A DNA stretch of 64,000 nucleotides from Clostridia bacterium (GTDB taxonomy: Bacteria > Bacillota > Peptococcia > Peptococcales > SKKY01), in assembly GCA_009930175.1 (NCBI GenBank), contig RZYW01000001.1:4778-68777 (forward strand). The letters run 5' to 3'. This document shows, in pieces, positions 59,141-64,000 of this stretch (its first letter is position 1; each line of letters begins with the position of its first letter). A program made the position numbers and the translations under genes. The notes beneath the pieces are model-generated. The model searched no databases. It saw only the letters and a list, made by a program, of their open reading frames with translations, and had not been told where the DNA came from.

Positions 59141-60694
59141 TCACCTCATATCTTCCATTAACCAGGATTTAATTACCTTTGCAACATCTTCAGGCTGTGT
59201 TTTAGCTAATCTTTCAACTTTTCTTTGAATTTCAGCCTTTTCTGCAGTTAGAGGATCCAAATCTTCCAGTGAATCAATAGAAAAGTCCGAAGATATATCA
59301 CCAATTCTTGCTCCTGCAAGAGAAACATCAGGACGTCTGTCGCTTCTTCTTTTTAACAGGAATCCTAATCCAATCAAACCTAAAATTCCAAGAACCATTA
59401 ATCCGTAATTTATATAAGTTCTAATTTGCTGATTTCTTAACTCATTTGCAATACTTTCTTGAAGTGATTCAAAAGCCTCAGTATTAAAAGGCATACCAAC
59501 TACATTTATTAAATCTCCTCTTTCGAAATCCAATCCGGAAGCACTGGCAACCACATTTTCAAGGGATACTCTTTCCTCATCAGTGATTTCACCATCTACT
59601 ATTACTGATACGGATAATTTAGTAATCATACCCGGAGCCTTAACTCTTAGCTCTGTGGTCTTATCAATTTCATAATTTCTAATTGCTTCCGTTTGAGTGC
59701 TGGAGCTTTCACCCCCGCCAGTTTCCTGGAAACTTGTGGTGCCGGGAAGGTTAGAATCTGTACCGGCCACACCCCCTCCAGGGGTAGTTCCTGTAGAACG
59801 AGAATCTGAAGTTTGCTCACTTCTTAAAACAGAATTGCCGTAGGTTTCCTGACTTATTTCAACACTGTCAAAATCAAGATCAGCACTTACACTTACTACA
59901 GCTTTTCCTGCACCTCTTACTCTTTCAAGCATATTTTGAATAGATTTAGCTATTTCTCTTTCATATCTGGATTTTATATCTAATTGTGTAGCTGTCATGG
60001 TACTTACAGAAAATGGGGAATTAGACCCTACAAGACCTTCTGATAAAAGATTGCCATACTCATCAATAACTGTAACATTCTCTGGATCAAGACCTTCTAC
60101 ACTATTTGCAACAAAGTAGATAATTGAACGCACTTTATCTGCATCCATTCGGGAAGTACTTCTTAATTTAAGAAATACTGAAGCCTTTGTTGGTTTATCT
60201 TCTGAAATAAAAACTGATGTTTCTGGAATAGCCAAATGAACCATGGCACTTTCAACTTCTGTCATACGGGAAATAGTTCTTGTTAGTTCTCCCTGTAAAG
60301 CTGCCAAAAATCTTACTCTTTTATCAGTTTCAGTTTCACCAAACCTTGTCTCATTAAAACTTTCAAAGCCTACAACTCCTCCAGCCGGCATTTCGGTTGC
60401 AAGATCCAGCCGCAGCTGATGAACCACATCATCTGGAACAAGAATTGTAGTCCCATCTGAAGAAAGCTTATATTGAATTGCCATTTCCTGAAGTCTTTGA
60501 GTTATACTCCCCGATTGAGTAGCTGTAAGATTATTATATAAAGGAACATAATTTTTAGACCCCAGCATTATTCCTGTTACTGTAATTGCAATAATTAATG
60601 ATATTGCAATACCAGAGTAAAGAAATTTCTGATTGCCGGATAAGTTACTCCAGCCTGATTTTATTTGTTCGAAAGTTCTTCTGAGAAAATCCAA
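59141..60694 (-). CDS. fliF: Flagellar MS-ring protein FliF
   Basis: 517 aa with two TM segments flanking the periplasmic ring-building region. It has a TTG start after GGGGTGA. Confidence 0.95.
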   Translation of the reverse strand: MDFLRRTFEQIKSGWSNLSGNQKFLYSGIAISLIIAITVTGIMLGSKNYVPLYNNLTATQSGSITQRLQEMAIQYKLSSDGTTILVPDDVVHQLRLDLATEMPAGGVVGFESFNETRFGETETDKRVRFLAALQGELTRTISRMTEVESAMVHLAIPETSVFISEDKPTKASVFLKLRSTSRMDADKVRSIIYFVANSVEGLDPENVTVIDEYGNLLSEGLVGSNSPFSVSTMTATQLDIKSRYEREIAKSIQNMLERVRGAGKAVVSVSADLDFDSVEISQETYGNSVLRSEQTSDSRSTGTTPGGGVAGTDSNLPGTTSFQETGGGESSSTQTEAIRNYEIDKTTELRVKAPGMITKLSVSVIVDGEITDEERVSLENVVASASGLDFERGDLINVVGMPFNTEAFESLQESIANELRNQQIRTYINYGLMVLGILGLIGLGFLLKRRSDRRPDVSLAGARIGDISSDFSIDSLEDLDPLTAEKAEIQRKVERLAKTQPEDVAKVIKSWLMEDMR

Positions 60695-60728
60695 AATCTC
60701 ACCCCATATTCAGGTAACTATACCTGGA

Positions 60729-61025
60729 TTATACCTGCATTCTCATAATTTCCTGGTAAGATTCCACCAGTTTATTACGAATTTCAATTGTTAGCTGCAT
60801 TGCAATACTTGCTTCTTCAAGAGCAAGCATTAAGTTATGAATATCTACCTGGGGGTCTCCAGCTGCAAAACGAGCTGTCATATCTTCACCAGTTTTTTGC
60901 AATCTGTTAACTTCTCCAATGGATTCTTGTAAAAATTCTGTAAAACTTTTTCCCTCATATTGAGCATCTGTTTCTTTTAGCTTTTGGGGATCAAGAAAAT
61001 TTAAACCGACAGGATTTATTTTCAT
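60729..61025 (-). CDS. fliE: Flagellar hook-basal body complex protein FliE
   Basis: 98 aa with the C-terminal region HNLMLALEEASIAMQLTIEIRNKLVESYQEIMRMQ, typical of FliE. Confidence 0.9.
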   Translation of the reverse strand: MKINPVGLNFLDPQKLKETDAQYEGKSFTEFLQESIGEVNRLQKTGEDMTARFAAGDPQVDIHNLMLALEEASIAMQLTIEIRNKLVESYQEIMRMQV

Positions 61026-61032
61026 AATTTAA

Positions 61033-61476
61033 TTATCCCCTTCCAATTTCAAGAGCTTTCATTGCCATACTCTTTGCTGAATTCATCACAGTTACGTTTG
61101 CCTCATAAGCTCGTGAGGCAGAAATCATATCAATCATTTCCTTTACAGGATTAACATTTGGATAACGAACGTATCCCTTCAACTCTCCCTCTTCCTGGAT
61201 AGCGTCTGGGTGATTTGGTTCATATTCAAGTCTAAAGGGAGCTTTGTCTTTCATAATTTTTTCAACTGTTACTCCCTGTACACCGCCCATTTTATCATCC
61301 AAAATGCTTTCAAAACTTCTATATGGTTTAAAGACTGCCACCTGACGAACATATGGGCCGCCTTCATCTGTTCTGGTTGTTTCTGCATTAGCCAGGTTAT
61401 TAGCAATAAGATCCATTCTAAGTCTTTCAGCGCTTAATCCTGTTGCGCTTGTTCTTAAAGAATTAAAAATCGTCAT
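61033..61476 (-). CDS. flgC: Flagellar basal-body rod protein FlgC
   Basis: 147 aa with ISATGLSAERLRMDLIANNLANAETTRT and the C-terminus SRAYEANV. Confidence 0.95.
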   Translation of the reverse strand: MTIFNSLRTSATGLSAERLRMDLIANNLANAETTRTDEGGPYVRQVAVFKPYRSFESILDDKMGGVQGVTVEKIMKDKAPFRLEYEPNHPDAIQEEGELKGYVRYPNVNPVKEMIDMISASRAYEANVTVMNSAKSMAMKALEIGRG

Positions 61477-61478
61477 TA

Positions 61479-61895
61479 TTATCTTCCTCCCCTGATAGCA
61501 TTTTTAATGCCAGAGTATTTTTTAATTGCTGTTTCTGTCAAAGTATTATATCTGATTGTATTTTCGGCTAAATCAGCAAGTTCCATATCTAAATCAACAT
61601 TATTTCCATCTTCTCTTAAGGAAGTACTTTTGTCAGTTTTTACCATTGGCTGAATTTTATCAATATTAACGTTCAATGGAAAGTGCTTTTCATCTGTTCT
61701 ATATAATTTACCTTTTAAGTCCCGGTCTTTATTTATTGCTTCACTTAATCTGCTTTCAAAATCAACATATTCTCTTTTATATCCAGGGGTATTTATATTA
61801 GCAATATTGTTGGATGTAACCCTCTGTTTTAAGGCAGAAGCATCCATCGATTTTGTCAAAATAGATATTGTTTTATCCTTACCAAAATTAATCAT
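61479..61895 (-). CDS. flgB: Flagellar basal-body rod protein FlgB
   Basis: Has the rod motif NNIANINTPGYKR. The likely start is the ATG at 61895 (MINFGKDK), preceded by GGGAGGGG. The track start at 61982 runs through the codY terminator and promoter region. Confidence 0.9.
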   Translation of the reverse strand: MINFGKDKTISILTKSMDASALKQRVTSNNIANINTPGYKREYVDFESRLSEAINKDRDLKGKLYRTDEKHFPLNVNIDKIQPMVKTDKSTSLREDGNNVDLDMELADLAENTIRYNTLTETAIKKYSGIKNAIRGGR

Positions 61896-61916
61896 TATAA
61901 TCCCCTCCCATATCTC

Positions 61917-61922
61917 ATTATA
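61917..61922 (-). promoter_or_regulatory. TATAAT -10 box upstream of flgB (candidate fla/che sigma-A promoter)
   Basis: A perfect TATAAT lies 21 nt upstream of the flgB ATG at 61895. The -35 region is only a T-run (the terminator U-tract), so the promoter assignment is tentative. Confidence 0.3.
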
Positions 61923-61939
61923 TTTTACCATTTTTATAG

Positions 61940-61972
61940 AAAAAAACCAAAGTTTTATAAAAACTTCGGCTT
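61940..61972 (-). terminator. Intrinsic terminator after codY
   Basis: The minus-strand RNA AAGCCGAAGUUUU-uau-AAAACUUUGGUUU (13 bp including 2 G-U) is followed by UUUU. It begins 10 nt after the codY stop. Confidence 0.6.
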
Positions 61973-61989
61973 TTAGTCTCACTATTTTA
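61963..61989 (-). promoter_or_regulatory. Weak sigma-D-like motif at the codY stop
   Basis: The minus strand reads TAAA - 15 nt - GCCGAAGT (6/8 match to GCCGATAT). The -10 coincides with the 5' arm of the codY terminator. Confidence 0.2.
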
Positions 61990-62761
61990 ACTTATCTATT
62001 TCTGCAGGTAAATAATCATTAAGTACTAATATATAAGTTCCCTTCATCCCCAAGGATTTTGATTCAATTACTCCAGCACTTTCAAATTTTCTCAGGGCAT
62101 TTACAATTACAGAGCGAGTAATACCAACCCTGTCAGCAACCTTACTTGCAACAAGAAAACCTTCGGTTCCTTTTAATTCTTCAAAGATATGTTTAATTGC
62201 ATCTCTTTCTGAATAAGATAATGTACCAATTGCAATAGAAACCGCCGCCTTTTTACGAGCTTCTTCTTCTATTTCTTCCGACTTTGATCTGATAATTTCC
62301 ATTCCTACTACAGTTGCACCATATTCAGAAAGAATTAAATCAGCCTCATCGAAAGAACTGTTATTCTTGGATATCAATAATGTTCCTTGTCTTACTCCTC
62401 CACCAATTATAGGAATTATGCAGAATATTTTCCCTCCAAGTGGACATTTTTCAGTCTTTGAAAAAGTGCATAAACCATCTGTATTTTTCAAATTAGCCTG
62501 AGTATCTTTTACTGATAATAAATAATCATTAAATGACTCATCAAACCTTCTTTTTTCCAATACAATTTGGTCTACAATTTCACAATTAAAGTTTTCAAGA
62601 AAAGATACACCCAAAATCTTACCTTTAGAGCTGATAATATAAGTATTACACTTCAGCATTTCAGTAAGTACAACTGCCATTTCTCCAAAATCAACAGGAT
62701 TTCCCGCACCTTTTTGTAGCATCCTGTTTAGGTTCCTTGTTTTTACAAGCAAGTCCTTCAT
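61982..62761 (-). CDS. codY: GTP-sensing pleiotropic transcriptional repressor CodY
   Basis: 259 aa with a GAF-like N-domain and a C-terminal wHTH (ASKVADRVGITRSVIVNALRKFESAGVIESKSLGMKGTYI). Confidence 0.95.
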   Translation of the reverse strand: MKDLLVKTRNLNRMLQKGAGNPVDFGEMAVVLTEMLKCNTYIISSKGKILGVSFLENFNCEIVDQIVLEKRRFDESFNDYLLSVKDTQANLKNTDGLCTFSKTEKCPLGGKIFCIIPIIGGGVRQGTLLISKNNSSFDEADLILSEYGATVVGMEIIRSKSEEIEEEARKKAAVSIAIGTLSYSERDAIKHIFEELKGTEGFLVASKVADRVGITRSVIVNALRKFESAGVIESKSLGMKGTYILVLNDYLPAEIDKLK

Positions 62762-62779
62762 ATCTTACCCCCTGAACTA

Positions 62780-64000
62780 TTACAATATAAAATTGTTAAT
62801 ATTCTTCCCTTTACTTAAATCCAGTTTCCCATTTACAAAGTCCTGATCAATAATTATGTTTTTATTTTCCGTATATGGAGCTTCAAAAGAAATATCTTCT
62901 AAAAGCTTTTCCATAATTGTTTGCAGTCTTCTCGCTCCTATGTTTTCAAGTTCCAGGTTCGCATGATAAGCGAGTTCTGCAATTCTGTCTATGCCGTTTT
63001 CAGAAAATTCTATATATACTTTATCAGTTTTTAACATTTCTGTATACTGCATAATCAGGGAATTCTTTGTTTCCTTAAGAATTTTTTTAAAATCATCAAC
63101 TGTAAGGGAGTTAAGTTTTACACTAATTGGGAATCTTCCTTGTAATTCAGGAATAAGATCTTCTGGTTTAGCAATATGGAAGGCTCCTGCTGCAATAAAT
63201 AAAATATGATCTGTTTTTAAATTACCATATTTTGTTCTTATTACACTTCCCTCAACAACTGGCAAAATATCTCTTTGAACCCCTTCTCTTGAAACATCGG
63301 GACCATTGCCCCCATTTCTTGAAGCAATTTTATCAATTTCATCAATAAATATAATTCCGTAATTTTCCGCTCTTCTTAATGCTTCTTCTTTTACTTCATC
63401 ATTATCCAATAGATTTTCTGCTTCTTCTTCAGTTAAAATTTTTCTGGCATCTTTAATTTTCATTTTTCTTTTTTTCTTTTTTTGAGGCATTAATTGATTA
63501 AACATCTCTCCCATGTTATCAGCCATATCATCCATACCCATATTCGTTAACATGCCCATAACCTGAGGTCCGTTTTCTTTTATTTCTATTTCAACCTGTT
63601 CCTCTTCAAGCTCAAATCTCTTTAATTTTTCTTTAATTATTCTTCTTTTTTCTTCATAGCTATTATCTTCTTCCGGATCAGTAACAGTCTTGCTTTGTGG
63701 CTGACCAAAAATATTTCCTATAGCATTAAAAGGTGATTTCTTTTTTGGAATAACTAAATCTAAAAGTCTGTCTTCAGCCAAAACCTCAGCCTTTTCTCTG
63801 TTTTTCTCTATCTTTTCCTTCTTAACAATCTGATAAGAAATCTCTGCAAGATCCCTAACCATAGACTCTACATCTCTGCCAACATAACCAACCTCAGTAA
63901 ATTTTGTAGCCTCAACTTTTACAAAAGGTGCTTTAACAATTTTTGCTAATCTTCTAGCTATTTCTGTTTTTCCAACACCAGTAGGCCCTTGCATCAAAAT
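62780..64000 (-). CDS. hslU: ATP-dependent protease ATPase subunit HslU, partial (N-terminus beyond the window end)
   Basis: Has Walker A GPTGVGKTEIARRLA at the window edge, Walker B IIFIDEIDK, the I-domain, and the C-terminal region. The frame stays open to 64000. Confidence 0.95.
   Translation of the reverse strand: MLMQGPTGVGKTEIARRLAKIVKAPFVKVEATKFTEVGYVGRDVESMVRDLAEISYQIVKKEKIEKNREKAEVLAEDRLLDLVIPKKKSPFNAIGNIFGQPQSKTVTDPEEDNSYEEKRRIIKEKLKRFELEEEQVEIEIKENGPQVMGMLTNMGMDDMADNMGEMFNQLMPQKKKKRKMKIKDARKILTEEEAENLLDNDEVKEEALRRAENYGIIFIDEIDKIASRNGGNGPDVSREGVQRDILPVVEGSVIRTKYGNLKTDHILFIAAGAFHIAKPEDLIPELQGRFPISVKLNSLTVDDFKKILKETKNSLIMQYTEMLKTDKVYIEFSENGIDRIAELAYHANLELENIGARRLQTIMEKLLEDISFEAPYTENKNIIIDQDFVNGKLDLSKGKNINNFIL

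Noticed and set aside
60695-60728. Small hairpin CAGGTA-acta-TACCTG between fliE and fliF
   Set aside because: It is a 6-bp stem with no U-tract in a 34-nt spacer that also has to hold the fliF SD. It is too weak to call a regulatory element.
61896-61981. Possible c-di-GMP riboswitch or invertible flagellar switch upstream of flgB, as in some clostridia
   Set aside because: The spacer is only 86 nt, and the codY terminator and promoter-like elements account for all of it. There are no flanking inverted repeats and no GEMM-like conserved sequence.

Overview
This is a visibly AT-rich chromosomal core region of Firmicutes/Clostridia type. All 68 protein genes I can support lie on the minus strand. 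Every plus-strand ORF in the track is an antisense shadow of a recognisable gene. Reading in the direction of transcription (high to low coordinates): hslU (partial) and codY. Next comes a fla/che flagellar-chemotaxis superoperon of about 28 kb: flgB-flgC-fliE-fliF-fliG-fliH-fliI-fliJ-ylxF-fliK-flgD-TIGR02530-flgE-flbD-motA-motB-fliL-fliM-fliY-cheY-fliO-fliP-fliQ-fliR-flhB-flhA-flhF-flhG-cheB-cheW-cheC-cheD-sigD-FapA-small ORF. Then rpsB-tsf-pyrH-frr-uppS-cdsA-dxr-rseP-ispG-proS-polC. Then ilvE, an M20 peptidase, nudF, an alanine/cation symporter, a lipoprotein and yebC. Then ruvC-ruvA-ruvB-queA-tgt-yajC and secD-secF. Finally recJ-relA-dtd, a PduO-type adenosyltransferase, an MBL hydrolase and a partial HemZ-like radical-SAM gene. 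I found no rRNA, tRNA, CRISPR array, transposase or integrase, and no large repeat. I do not see a convincing novel multi-gene system; this is an ordinary, highly syntenic housekeeping and motility region. The most unusual item is polC: it is collinear with Gram-positive PolC but lacks the entire 3'-5' exonuclease domain, which is replaced by a 14-residue segment (a Lys/Glu-rich linker ending in NY). Secondary observations: flgE is flanked by the only two structured intergenic gaps inside the flagellar block, and the upstream one carries a hairpin and Shine-Dalgarno arrangement resembling a CsrA site. The che block lacks cheA and cheR. There are candidate sigma-D-type promoters upstream of fliK and at the codY/flgB junction. 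Several ORF-track starts are over-extended. Organism identity is only an inference; the acidic protein tails and the Clostridia-type gene order suggest an anaerobic, possibly halophilic Firmicute.
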